Below the pieces are notes generated by a model. It ran no database searches, was not told the origin of the DNA, and worked only from the letters and a program-made list of their open reading frames with translations. A DNA stretch of 64,000 nt from Emiliania huxleyi CCMP1516 (Eukaryota): assembly GCF_000372725.1 (NCBI RefSeq), contig NW_005201123.1, forward strand, positions 1-64,000. Reading direction: 5' to 3'. The first letter of the stretch is position 1, and every line of letters starts with the position of its first letter. A program made the translations under genes and the position numbers. Positions 1 to 16,587 of this stretch are shown one piece after another.

Positions 1-1270
1 CAAGGCGATCGGCGCGCGGCCGTCGCGCAAAGAGGCGGCGCCCAAGGCGGCGCGCAAGAGGCCTCAAAAGGGCGCGGCCGCCGCCCCGGCCGCCGCCCCC
101 GCCGCCGCCCCCGCCGCCGAGGCGGGCGGCGGCGGCGGCGGCGGCGGGCGCAGCAGCTCGAAAAAGCCAAAGATCGATCCGGGGACGGCGCAGTGGGCGA
201 GCCAGCGCCCCCCCGCGGGCGCAGCGACGGTCGCCGCCGGGCAGGGGGTGCTTCCCACGGGGCCGTCGAGCTCGGCCGACGGCGCAGGGGGCGCCGCCAC
301 GCTGGGCGCGGGCGACGCGGCGATGCGGCAGCTGCTGCAGTCGGTGCTGCGGCCGCAGGCTAACGGGATGCCCCCGTCTCGCTCGACGATTGAGCTGCTG
401 CAGTACCTCGAGGGCGCGGCCCAGAGGACGATGCAGGGGCAGGGGCAGGGGGAGGGTGGCGAGGGCGGGCCGGTGATGCCCGCCGTCCCCTCCTCCAACT
501 CGTTCGCCTCGCTGATGAGCTTGCTCAAGAGCTCAAACTCGCTGCAGCACCTCGCCGAGCAAGCAGAGGCGGGCGGCGCGCCGGCGCCGGTGCGCGTCCC
601 ACTTCGAGACGCCTCGAGACAGTCCCGAGACGCTCCCCGCTCGGCCCCTCGCCAAGCACGCGCCTCCAATCTCACGCTTCCCTTGCCGAGTCCCACGGCT
701 CCTGTGTTTTGCGCGCACGCGACACCCCCGCAAGATGCCTACTAAGGTGGTACCTGCCTTATGCGCCCATCACACGTCCACGCCCCTCAGGGCACGTCCG
801 AGCTCAACCTTGCGGCGCTCGTGCGCGCGGCATCGAGCAGCGACATGGGAGCGTCGGGGAGCATGCCGCCGCCGTCGGTGAGCGCCATTTCAGAGAGCGC
901 GTCCGAGACGAACCCTGACCCGCAATGCACGAGATCCGGGCTTGTGCGAGTCACTTATGGGACACTTCCAAGCGACGCTCCCCTGGAGCCCAGCCTTCTA
1001 GCACCGCGCCGCCCCGCCGACCCGCCCCTCGCCCCGCGCCATCCGCAGGTGCTTCCGTGGTCGGGGGGGCGGCGGAACTCGTGGGGCAGCCTCACCGGCG
1101 CGCCGTCGACGGACGACTTGGCAGAGCTGACGGCGCTGGCAAACGGGCTCAAGGAGTCGCCGTCGGTGACGTCGCTGATGGAACTGGTGCGGTCGAGCTC
1201 GGCGGCGTCGCTGCTCGACCTCGTCGGCCAGCCCAACGGCAGCGCGACCAACATCGCCGGCCTCGAGTGA
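1..1270 (+). CDS. 3' part of a low-complexity (Ala/Gly/Ser-rich) protein of unknown function; 5' end lies outside the window; introns approx. 589-790 and 878-1049
   Basis: Open frame from the window edge (KAARKRPQK...SSSKKPKID). GT..CAG introns join it to GTSELNLAALVRAASSSD and VLPWSGGRRNSWGSL...GLE*. No domain recognised. Confidence 0.6.
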
Positions 1271-1894
1271 GCCGCCGCCCGCCGCCCGCGGCCGGCCCTC
1301 TGTGACTCTACTGCCGACTCCCATGCCGCGATCCCATGCTGCGTCGTGCCCATGCCCACGTCCAAGTCCTCGCCCGCGCCGTCCGCGTCCGCTCCCGCGC
1401 CACTCCCCTGAGGAGTCGCCAGCACAGCCGCCGCCGGCGCACCGCCGCCGGCTGGCTGTAGACACCGAGCCCCCGCCCATGTCGTGAGAGAAGCTCTGAG
1501 GCGGGGGCGAGTGCGCTATTGTGTGTGCGCCCGAGCCCGGCAACAGCGAGCGCCGCGCCCAGCGCGGCGCTGCGGCCTGGCTGCCGGGCGTGGGCGGGTG
1601 TGTCTACTGCTGGGGGGCGGGCGGGTCTCGGAGCCCCATCGCGGCGCCCGTCTGCGCGGCCGCGGTTCGGCTCTGACGCGGCGCCGCCCGTCCCCACTGT
1701 GACAGCTTTCTTCTCGTCTTGGGTCCGTACCTTCGTTGTTGAGTTATGTGTTTGCGCCGACGAGAAAAAAAGACGCGCGAAACCAGAGGAAAATTACGTG
1801 CAGGCCACAAGGCCTTGCCAGTCAGTTGCCTTGCCGTGTGAATGCTGAATCGTGTGCGTGAGAGAGAGGCGGCAGCACCCACTGAGCACCCACC

Positions 1895-1972
1895 CACGGT
1901 GCCAAGGGCACAAACAACAGCAGGAACAACACAGGCGACAGGGCACGCGACGTGAGGCTAGAGCAGACTGCT
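1895..1972 (+). repeat. Dispersed repeat G (copy 1; copy 2 at 37563-37645)
   Basis: CACGGTGCCAAGGGCACAAACAA...GAGGCTAGAGCAG is present at both loci. Confidence 0.7.
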
Positions 1973-1988
1973 CCGCCTTTCATCTGTC

Positions 1989-2332
1989 TGTGTTAGTGCC
2001 AGTGGCAGTGCGCGCCACCGCCAGTCCGCCGTGCCCAGTGTAGTGTTGTGCGAGCAGCGAGGGTGGCCTTCTTTCTAGAATTTTTTTTCGGCTCCCGTGG
2101 TGTACCTGTGTCAGTGCCACTGCGCGCCAGTCCCGTGCCCAGTGTTGTGCGAGGGCGGCCTTCTTTCTAGAATTATTTTTCGGCTCCCGTGGTGTACCTG
2201 AACCTGTGTTAGTGGATAGTGCCACTGCCAGTGCGCGCTCCAGTCCCGTGCCTAGTGTCATGTGAGAGAGTTCACGATAAAAACTCCCTCGCACAGCACT
2301 GGGCACGGGACTGGCGCGCACTGGCACTAACA
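1989..2332. repeat. Repeat family A: about three direct ~92-bp units plus one inverted unit
   Basis: Core GCCAGTCCCGTGCCCAGTGTTGTGCGAG with the spacer TTCTTTCTAGAATT..TTCGGCTCCCGTGGTGTACCTG repeated; inverted copy at 2287-2332. Related motifs near 7665-7750, 20213-20240, 20505-20610, 49985-50060 and 62630-62663. Confidence 0.8.
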
Positions 2333-3355
2333 AATGAGAAAGAGGACCGCCGTGAGAAATGTCCGGCTCTTTACCGGATACCGCGGGACACGCGCGCACG
2401 GGTGTCTCCCCCCGCGACCGCGGCACGCAAATGTCAAAATTCAGACACACAGTCCTCAGCCTCAGCCCCGCCAGCCGCACAGACAGACAGACAGACACAG
2501 GGCGCGCGAGATTCAGCTCCCACTTGCGGCACCTCCGCCGCCGTCTTTGCCCGCGCGCCAATGGATCCACTTCGCAAGCAACAATATGGGCCATGGAGTT
2601 ACCGAGTACACCTGTAGGATGATCTTCCGGCGTGTTTCTGGCCTTGGATTCGTGATTAGCACCCTAAATAATGCCGGGGACCGCCCTTACCCGGAGAATT
2701 CGGGAGGTCGAGAAATCGACCCCTCTGGCAGCTGGTACCCTTACGGACTCCTACTTCACACATGATCAAGAACAGCCCCACCAAAGCACAGCCCTGCTCA
2801 GAGTAGTCATGGAGCACCTCTTGACGATCCAGGTAGCCTCTGGATCGCCACTGCACTCGGCTCCTGTCCAGCCGTCTCGGGCCCGCCCCCAGCAGCACGC
2901 CTACCGAGGCGGGTCTGTGCGTTGGTGTGGGCGGCCGAGGCGGTGTGTGAGCGGCCGGGCAGTCCAGCAGGGCTGCAGTGCGCCCTGTGTCCGCGCGGGG
3001 TGGTCAGGCTGTGGCCGGGTGTGGAGCGCGGCGGCTATCGGTCGACTATGCGGAAGCGGCCGTTCAAGCGAGGCGGCCGTGCGGCGCACGTTTCGACTTC
3101 TACCGCCGCTCCTGCTTGTGGCGGCGAGGTGGGTGGGTGCTCTGGCGGGGTGCAGCGACTCGGGAATTTAGGTGGCCGCGCAGGAGCGCGCGCCGGCCGA
3201 GACTGCGCCGAGTTTGAGCTGGGCAAGGAGTGCCAGTGCTTGCGGGGGAGCCCCGGGACACTCGTCTAGGCAGGGGTTGCCCCAACCCCGTCGCCCCCGG
3301 GGGGCCGTCGACACGACCGTGCTGGAGGTCGTGCTGGAGGTCGTGTCGGCAATCC

Positions 3356-4959
3356 ATGACCCACCTCGTCGCGGACGGCGACCTCGCCGCCACCGCCGAC
3401 GACGCCGACGCCGCAGCGGACCTCTTCCTCGAGGCTGGCGTCTGCGTCTTTGAAGCAGCGCTGCCGCCGTCTCTCGTCGCCGCCTGCCGCTCGGTGCTCG
3501 AACGCAAGTCGCGGCTGCTGGACGAGCGCCTCGCGGCTCGAGGCGTCGACCTGCAGGCACCGTGGCGCTTCAACGAGGTTTGCCGCCGCCGCTTCGCTCG
3601 CTACGACCTCCGCGGCTGGGCGCTCTCCGACGCCATCTTCACCGAGTCTCTGCTGCTGTGGTCAGCCGCGCCGTGGCTGCCGTTTGTGCGGAGCGTGCTC
3701 GGAGACGACGTCAAGGAGCTGTGGCGCGGCGTGGTCGACAATCGGCCAGGCAGCGAGACGCAGGGCTGGCACCGCGACGGAGGCTTCCTCTTCCCGAACG
3801 GTGCCGAGCACCGACGCCTCCTCCCTCTCTTGACACTCCAACACGCGGACCCTTCCATCACACGCCTGGCGCATTCCCCGAGAGGACTGGTGGTGGGCCG
3901 CCCGCAGCCGCGAACAGCGTCTCTTCACGCTTCGAGCTTTAGCAGGCGTCGACCTGCCTCCGCACTGCCTGACCATCTTTGTGCCTCTGGTCGACCTGCT
4001 CACCGATGAGCTCGGCCCGCCACAGTTCTTCCCAGGTCAAGCCGAGACTTGGCCGAGACCTAGCCGAGATCTGGCCGAGGTCTGGCCGAGGTCTGGCCGA
4101 GGTCTGGCGGAGATTCGGCCATGTGTCTATCTGAGGTCTAGCCGAGATCCAGCCGAGGCCTAGGCGAGGTCTGCGAGATCCCACCAAGCAAACCACCGTT
4201 CCCAGCCGAGCGGCGATGGAGGGCTGCAGTGCGGTGAAGCGTCTCTTCACACCTCCAAGCCGTGAACAGGCTCGCAGAGGTGTACGCGCGAGCACCTCTA
4301 CACTGGCCTCGGCTCTTCACACCTCCAAGCCGTGAACAGGCTCGCAGAGGTGTACGCGCGAGCACCTCTACACTGGCCTCGGCGACGGCAGCTGCCACCT
4401 GCCCCACTGCACGCCGCAGCTGTGCGCCGACGCTCTCGCCTTTGACTACCGCATCATCCACCGCGGCCAGGCGAGATCGCCCCGAGATTTCCCGAGATCA
4501 CTCGAGACCGCCCGAGATCGTGATCACCGAGATCGCCCGAGATCGCCCACCCGGGATTGGCTGATAATGCCGGCGACGTTGCTGAGAACGAAGACTAGTC
4601 AACCATACTAGTGACAGTCATGGGCTGCGCGTTCAGCGCGTACCCCTCGAGCGCCATAATACGAGCTTCTCTCGGAACACAGGCTAACCTTAGCAGGGGC
4701 GCGGCGCGCCGCTCCAGGCCGATGCTGTGCCTCGTCGCCAAGCCTCCGCTCGCCTCTTCACAGCCGCCCGGTGTGAACAGGCCGATGCTGTACCTCGTCT
4801 ACGCCAAGCCGTGGTTCACCGACGTCCACAACTTCCCCTCCGACGCGCCCCTCTTTGCGGATCCAGACGCGGCGGTCGGCGGCCAACACGCCGCAAGCAA
4901 CGAGGGCGGTGGTGGGGCGGGTGGCGGGGCGGGGCAGCAACACGGCGAGCCGCTGCAGC

Positions 4960-4990
<31 letters not shown>

Positions 4991-5041
4991 GCCGGCTCAG
5001 CCGCCGCCGCCGCCGCCATCGCGGCCGTTACCAGCGCAGCA

Positions 5042-5133
<92 letters not shown>

Positions 5134-5146
5134 CGCAGCAGCAACC

Positions 5147-5184
<38 letters not shown>

Positions 5185-5185
5185 C

Positions 5186-5231
<46 letters not shown>

Positions 5232-6370
5232 TCGCCGCCCCAGCAGGCTACCTTTGCGTGGGTGCACACTCTCGCTGACGTCTCGCCCCCGTGCGCTTGG
5301 GACGACTCCGGCGGTCGCGTCCGCTGCCCGAGCGCTTCGCCGCCGCCGCGCCCGCCGACGCATGTCCTGTACGGAGGGCCGCCTGGCGACCCGTCGCATC
5401 AGTTGCTTGCGATCAGTGAGCTGGAGACGCGACTGCGTTTCACCATGAGTGTGGTGCTGGTCGCTGAGACGCCCGAGGCGCCGACCTAGAGACAGACCAG
5501 GCCGAGATCAGGCCGAGGCGCCCCAAGGCCGGGCTAGATCTAGGCCACATCTGAGTCGCTGTCTCGAGTTCATCTGTGAGCCACCCCCCCCTTCCCCTTT
5601 TCACAGGTGCAGCGCAGTTTGCCGCTCGAGAGCTTGCCGCCAGAGGCGTTGGCCGACGAGCTAACGCCGCCGACGGAGCTGCTGAGGCGGCCTTGTGCCG
5701 CCGAGGCCCGCGGCGGCTGTGGCACGGCGTCTCTTCACGCCTCTTGCCATGAACAGACGGCGGTGCGTCGAGGAGGTCCGCTCTGGTGGCGTGTCAGCGA
5801 CCGCCGGCGTGGACACCTCCACCTACGTCGCCCCAGATGCCCACGGCGGGCACGGACTGTTTGCGGCGACGGCGCTGCCGCGGCACCACATCATCGGCGA
5901 GTACACGGGCACGCTCGCGCGCGGCTTCCTCGCTTCCGACACCACGGCTTGTAGCGCGGCTTGCGGCACCGAGAGGCTTTCTGCAGCGCGAGCCCTCGAG
6001 GTTCTCGCCAACCTTCGGCGGGATTCGGCCGCATGGTAGGCGCCGACCGGTATTTGATGCGCTACCCGGACGCCGCGGGCAGCCTGCACCTGTCCGCTCG
6101 CTCCGCAGGCAGCCTCCTCAGCGTAGATGCGCGTCTCCCAGCAAGCTCTCGAGAGCTCCGCCTCCTCACCGTCGCGGGACTTGAGGCTCAGGCAGCCTGC
6201 TCCGCTTCGTCAATCACGCGCCGCGGGGCGCACCGGCGAACAACGCGACTTGCTGGGCGGTGCTCGTGGATGGGGCGTTCCACATACTCGTGGCGACGAC
6301 GCGTGCGGTCGAGAAGGGGGAGGAGCTCGCGTACGACTACGGGTCTGCGTATTGGGCGAGGCACGGGTGA
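3356..6370 (+). CDS. PhyH-family 2OG-Fe(II) dioxygenase, probably fused through a polyPro/polyGln linker to a C-terminal SET domain (multi-exon)
   Basis: QGWHRDG (HxD), LPPHCLTIFVPLVDL, GPPQFFPGS, FDYRIIHRG-ANLS, RPMLYLVYAKPWF for PhyH; GHGLFAATAL..IIGEYTG, LLRFVNHA and GEELAYDYGSAYW for SET. Introns approx. 3801-3945, 4036-4339, 4471-4682, 4718-4780, ~5453-5606, ~5687-5756, ~5947-6040, 6109-6191. Confidence 0.8.
5038..5229 (+). repeat. (CCG)n/(CAG)n coding microsatellite (polyPro, polyGln)
   Basis: Long in-frame CAG run interrupted by CAA-CCG inside the ORF at 4611-5489. Confidence 0.95.
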
Positions 6371-6666
6371 AGCAGAGCTCCCTTTCTACTTCACCATGAG
6401 CCAAGCGCTTTGGTGTGTTTGGGATTGGGTGTGGCTTTCTTATCGGAGTTCTCGCAGTCCTCGAGAGAGAGAGAGAGGAAGGTCCTGGTGCAGAGAAGAA
6501 TGTACAGGCACAGAGAGAGAGAGACGTACAGATTCGTACAGCGGTCCAGGTGGATATGAAATGTGTTTTATCTCTGTACTATGAGTCACGGTACTGACTT
6601 CTGAGTACTGTACATGCCACCTACAGGGTGCCGACGTAAACCACTCCCGACGCGCTAGAGCCGCCA

Positions 6667-7567
6667 TCACATCATCGACGCTCCCGGCCCCGCCTGCAGC
6701 GAGCCCCCCGCCTTGCCATTCTCGACTGTGTGGTCCGCGATGCCGTTCAGCGAGTTGAAGAAGGAGATGGCGCCGAGGGCGGCGATGCCGATGATCGCGA
6801 GCACCGTTTGGAGCACCTCGGGGAGCGGCGCCTTCCCTTCCTCGCCCGAGGTCGTAAAGAGGCTCAGCTGCTCCGTGCTGAAGCCGGCCAGCACCCCGAT
6901 GCCGAGGCAGAGGTCGAGGAAGGCGGACCCAGTGATGAGGCCAGACGCGGCGAGGATCGACTCGTGCGTGCGCAGGAACGCCTCGTTCGAGCTCTTGGTG
7001 CACATGCGGACCTGCTCGCCCGCGAATCGACACAAGGAGCCGACAAGGATGCCCATGCCGAGAGATGCAGGGAGGTAGAGCCCCACCGCCATGGCCATCG
7101 CAGGGATCTGTATGCTCTCGCGCGACACCAGGAAATCCGCAAGGACGCCGACGACGCCAATGCCAATGCCGACGGCTACCGGCTTGAACGGGACCTTCGC
7201 GGCGAGCAGCAGCCCGTCGACCAGCGTGGCGAACATCTGGCCCTGCGGCGCAATCAAGCGCTCGGTGCCGAGACCATACGCGTCGTCGGCGACGTACAGC
7301 GCGCACGGCACCACGATTGAGCCGGCCAGGCCGCCGATGAGCTGCGCGACGAAACCAGAGCGCGGCGGGAAGCCGCACAGCTGCAGCGCCTTGCAGTCCT
7401 GGCTGAGGTCGTTGGCCGCACTTACGGCGACACACGTGCCCGTGAGGACGTTCTGCAGTAGCTCGACGTCGGAAAAGGCGTTGCGTCCCCACGCGAGCAA
7501 TAGGAGGCAGAAGACGAGGGCGGTGATGAAGATGGTGCCCGAGACCGGCGACGCGGACGTTCCGATC
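6667..7567 (-). pseudogene. C-terminal exon of an OPT-family oligopeptide transporter; upstream exons not found
   Basis: IGTSASPVSG, ANDLSQDCKA, AQLIGG, LIAPQGQMFA, MAVGLYLP and ASGLITG match OPT motifs. The exon begins at a CTCCAG acceptor, and repeat A lies upstream of it. Confidence 0.75.
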
Positions 7568-8110
7568 TGGAGGGAGAGGACGGCGCCTAATCATGGACAT
7601 GTGCTGTGAAGAGACGCTCCTTCCCCTCCTCCCCTATCCCTCGTTTGGGTTGTCTGTTTTCTTTCTTTCTTCGGCTCCGGTGGTGAGCCGGTGTGTGTGC
7701 CAGTCCGCGCCAGTCCGCGCCCTTGTCGTGCCAGTGTGCTGTGAGAGAGGCTTATATCTTAAGAATTCTTTCTTTTAAGATATTTCTGGGACATGCACAC
7801 CCATTTCACAGCACTTGGCAGGACGTGAGGGGACGCACGTTCGTTGTCGGCGGATGCTGATTAAAAAGATTCACAAGACGGTGTTCTTTACGCTTTCTCT
7901 AAAACAAACGAAAAAGAAAAACTGCGTCGCCGGGACGCGTCCCAGATTGGAGGTGCACGCCCAAGGTGAGAGCGCAGCTGGCGCTTGGACGCTCATCGTT
8001 CTCGACTGGGTGCGCGACCTGGGCCCGCGCTCCCCCCGGCTATTGTCGCGATTCACATTCATATCTCCACCGACGGCCACGCGGCGGCGGCGGCCTCGCT
8101 CGCCGGCTCG

Positions 8111-8602
8111 ATGTTGAGGCCTGTCGAGGTGCTCCTCGATCTGACTGACGACTCGCTCCTCACACTCGCCTTTGTCATCGGCGAGAACCGGGTACCGAGC
8201 GTGCGGCGCCAGCGTGCGCTCATGTGGGACTCGCCCATCACGAGTGCAGCAATCGAGCTGAAGGCACTGTCGTGCACATGCCACGCACTGCACACGCTTC
8301 TGGCGCCGCACTTGACGACGCTTCGCGAGCACCTCTTGGAGAAGCTGCGGTGCTCCCAGGGCAGCACCGACGTTACCCGCAGAAGGCTCGCCGACCAGAC
8401 CCTGCTGCTCTGGCGCTCGGCGCTTCTGAAACCTCAGCACCGTTGCGCTGCCCTGGCTGAGGACAGGGTGGCTGTGAACCCTGCCCAGCTAGCGGCCACC
8501 GAGCGCGAGATCGCAGCCCTCACGCTGCCTGCCGATGGCAGAGCACGCCCACGCTCGCGCACCACGCGAAGTCGCCTAAAGCTCGCACCGGCGCAATCTT
8601 AG
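8111..8602 (+). CDS. Hypothetical intronless ORF with a weak F-box-like N-terminus
   Basis: LLDLTDDSLLTLA...LKALSCTCHALH loosely resembles the F-box pattern LxxLPxExL...LSxTC. Confidence 0.3.
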   Translation: MLRPVEVLLDLTDDSLLTLAFVIGENRVPSVRRQRALMWDSPITSAAIELKALSCTCHALHTLLAPHLTTLREHLLEKLRCSQGSTDVTRRRLADQTLLLWRSALLKPQHRCAALAEDRVAVNPAQLAATEREIAALTLPADGRARPRSRTTRSRLKLAPAQS

Positions 8603-9256
8603 CTCGGCCTTAGCTCAGCGTTTCCGACACAGCGGTCACAGTGGCCGCTCGGCTACTACCTGATAGTCCTACCACATGGCCGAAGCTGAGCTGCTACTTC
8701 TGCTACGATATAGCCCATCACCTGGCCGCAGCTGAGCACACTCAGTAACAGCTTCACGCTTAGTCCGGACGTTGCTGTCTTTGTGAGCGTTATTGATCCA
8801 TTGCCAGGCTTTAGGGAGGGGGAGAGGGAGTAGGGAGAGATCTCCGGTAGCCACAGCTCGTACGCGATCCCAGGGCAGGGGGGTGTGGATTCTGGAGCTC
8901 TAAGGGGGGACAGAGAGAGGAAGGGAGATTGGTGTGCCTGTTTTTCGCGCTAAAGCATTTTCCCCCCTCTAGCCTCTAGGTGTCGAGCTCGAGACTCTAT
9001 ATTTTTTTGATTTTCGTTGTTGCGGCACAGCGAGAGCACGACCACGAGATGCGTTCAAAGTTCAATTTTGATTATTCATCCACTTTTTGTGAAATTTGGA
9101 CATTTCTCACACGTTGTGTGCTAGGAAAGCTGGCTGCCGCCCAAGGCATGGCCGTCAAGCGGAGATAAGGCGCGGAGATGCGGCGGTGAGTGCGGCGGCG
9201 AAACTGCGTGGAGAACCACGGCGCACCTGGCAGGGCGTCCTAGTGACGCACCCGCC

Positions 9257-10771
9257 TCACGCGCCGCCTCCGCCGCCGCCGTCGCCGCCGCCGCCGGGCC
9301 CTTTGTCACCGTCCGACTCCGGGGCGATGGATGAGGTGAGGCCCCACCTGTCGGCGGAGCGGCGGCGTGTCAAGGGGCGCGAGAAAGCTTTTGCTCGCCC
9401 CCCGTGCGACCGCCCGTGTGCCGCATGTCTGACTGTCGCTGTCTGGTCGTGCGATGACGGTCCCGGGGCTGTGCTGTTGTGTGAAGGGGGCGCGGGCGAG
9501 GAGGCGCCTCGACTGCACCTCGACTGCATCTCGGCTGTACCTCGGCTCTGTCCCTCGACTGTACCTCGGCTGTGTGCCTCGCCTGTGTGCCTCGGCTGTA
9601 CCTGTATCTCGACTGTACCGCAGCTGTGCCTCGGCTGTACCTCGGCTGTACCTCGGCGGCATCTCGGCGGCATCTCGGCGCATCTCGGCGACGTCTCACT
9701 TTTGCAGCTCCATGCAGTACTTCTTGGCCTGCTGCTTCCAGGTGATGGTGACGGTCGCAGAGCCCATCGTATGCACCTACAGGAGATGATAACGGGGGCG
9801 ATATCAGGGACGTGTCGGGACGATGTCGGGTCGGGGACGTGTCAGAGCGGTGTCGGAGACGTGTCAGAGCGGTGTCGGGGACGTGTCAAAGCGGTGTCGG
9901 GGACGCGTCAGAGCGGTGTCGGGGACGATGCCAGGGCGATGCCCCAGGGACGCGTCGGGGACGCGTCGGTGTGAGGTGTCTGGGGACTGGATCGAAGAGC
10001 CGGGTAGGCTCTGCGAAAGGGCCCTCTCGTACCGCTGGGTGTCTTGCGAGTCTGCGTGTCTGTCTCGCGTCCACCCATACCGCGTTGGTGTCCAGTCCGA
10101 GCCTCTGACTGTTCTTCGCCCCTCCATCTGTCTATCGCACCGTGGTTGTGATGCGGTGGGCCTTCTTCCGCGTGACCGTCTTGACGACCGAGACGATCGC
10201 GTAGATGACGTAGTCCCACGTGTGCACCTGCGCCGCACGCGCGTGCGTTGGGCGAGGCAACTCTGGCGGCGGCGGCGGCGGGCGCGGCGCGGCGCAGGCC
10301 GAGCGGCGCTGTCGTGTCGGATGGGGTGCGCTTTACGGCTGCGAAGGCCGCCGATCGGTGGCACCAGCGGCCGAGGCGAGGGCCAGCGGTAGGGGAGGTG
10401 CGGCGGCGGCGAGCAGCAGAGTGCGGGGAGTCTTGCGTCAGCTGGCGCACGTCATCGTTGTGTATCAGCAGCCGCCACATCGGCTCGTTTGCAATCTCCT
10501 CCTTGCTCATCTGCTTGGGCTCGGCCTTGGGCCGCTCCACCACCGCCGCGCCGCCCTTCTTCGCCTTCTTCTCCCGCTCCAGCCCCTCCTGCATCCACAC
10601 GCCACCCGCCGCAGCCGCTGCAGCCGCGCCAATCGCACCGCGCGGCCGAGCTGCGGCCGCCGCAAACCGCGGCTGCAGCAGCGGCCCCCGCGCAGGCTGC
10701 GGCCGCAGCGCTGTTCTCGCGGGGTGCAGCGTCAGCGCCGGCGCTACCAAGACAACCGCCAGCAGAGACAT
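9257..10771 (-). CDS. clpS: ClpS, ATP-dependent Clp protease adaptor, with an N-terminal signal/transit-like presequence (4 exons)
   Basis: Spliced protein reads EPMWRLLIHNDD|VHTWDYVIYAIVSVVKTVTRKKAHRITT|VHTMGSATVTITWKQQAKKYCMELQK|WGLTSSIAP, the ClpS core. Hydrophobic N-terminus MSLLAVVLVAPAL. Confidence 0.92.
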
Positions 10772-11332
10772 GATCGCGGCGCGGCGACGAGTGCGTGAGC
10801 TGAGCAGCGCGGCGAGCTCTCGATCAGAGGCGCCACCAAAAGAAATCACACGCGTCGGCATCCCATTTGGTGTGTCCGTTTTATTTATTTATTTATGTCC
10901 TCCCATCCCTCCCTTGGGTTGTCTGTTATCTTTCTTTTCTTTCTTTAGCTTGGGTGAGTTTCATCATCGTCATGGCTGCTGTCTCGCTCGCTCGTGCGTC
11001 CTTGGAACTTGTGCCCGCCTCCTTCTCCTATGAGCTCGTATGCCACGTCGCCGCCTGTGTTTGGGTTTCTATGTTTGCGATTTGGAATTTGGTATTTGTC
11101 CAACTCTTTGTTTATTTATTTATTGCCGACTGCACTCCAAGTGCTCCGAACTCGCCCTCCCCGGTCGAGTTGACTCATCGCTGACCTCAACCGCCAAGCT
11201 CGAAAGGCGTCTTGCAGTCGCAGGATGCGCCAGCGCCCGGTGCTGCTTGCATACGTACCGCGACAGCCTCCGGGCCGCCATGTACCGTGACCAACAACCG
11301 GCTCCACGGACGCCGGCCTGGGGCGGCCAACA

Positions 11333-11482
11333 CTTGAGCACTTGAGCACTGGATATCTACTCGAGTAGATAGGGTCGTTCCGCATGGTACGGGACCCTCG
11401 ATCGTCTCGCCCTCCCTCACTGGTGTGTTCATTGGGGGGGGGGGGGGGGGGTCATACACGGTACAGGATCGAGGTGCACGCC
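11333..11482 (-). mobile_element. SINE/LINE-tail family B1, truncated copy
   Basis: Matches the copies at 31597, 35089 and 50183; minus strand ends in CCAGTGCTCAAGTGCTCAAG. Confidence 0.8.
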
Positions 11483-12056
11483 AACACTTCGAGAGACCTC
11501 GAGAACGCAAGCCCTCCCGTCGTCCACAAGAGAGCTCACACACAACACGGGCGCCCGGCGTGCGACTTCTTGTTTGATTTCCCACCGATCCCGCGATTGC
11601 GCGAGCGAGGTCCGGACACCGGAGCGCGGCGGAGTAGACCAATAAGCATCTTGCCATTTCGACCAAGCGCGAAAGCGGAAAGGATAAAGGAAGCTGACAC
11701 TGATGTAGTGACGTTGTATGTGGAATTTTGTCTCGAGGATGTGGATGTGTCCGGTTTGCGGCGGAAATTGCCGTAAACGGAAAATTATTCAGCAGAAGTG
11801 TGTGTCTGGCCCGTTTCGCCAGCGCCGATATAAACACCGATATAAGACACATGTGCATCTTTGCCTCACCCCTGCGCGAAAGCGAGCGCATCTCCTGGGC
11901 AGCACCCTCCCGCAGTGCCGACGGCCTGTATGTGTGCGTTCGGGCAACGGAGCCGCGCCTCGTGCCACCCTCTAGGGCCGACTCGGCGCGCCGTCGAGCG
12001 CTCGCAGTCGACGCCACACTAGCCGTGGCGGTCACGGCATAGACCTGCACCGCGAC

Positions 12057-16512
<4,456 letters not shown>

Positions 16513-16587
16513 CGCGTGACACACAGAGCGGCGGCCAACTCCAGCGCCGCGAACGACTCGGTGAGACTTGTCCTGTCGGTGAGACTT

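Noticed and set aside
1989..2272. Repeat array resembling CRISPR
   Set aside because: The intervening sequences are themselves repeated, so there are no unique spacers; no cas genes; eukaryotic context.
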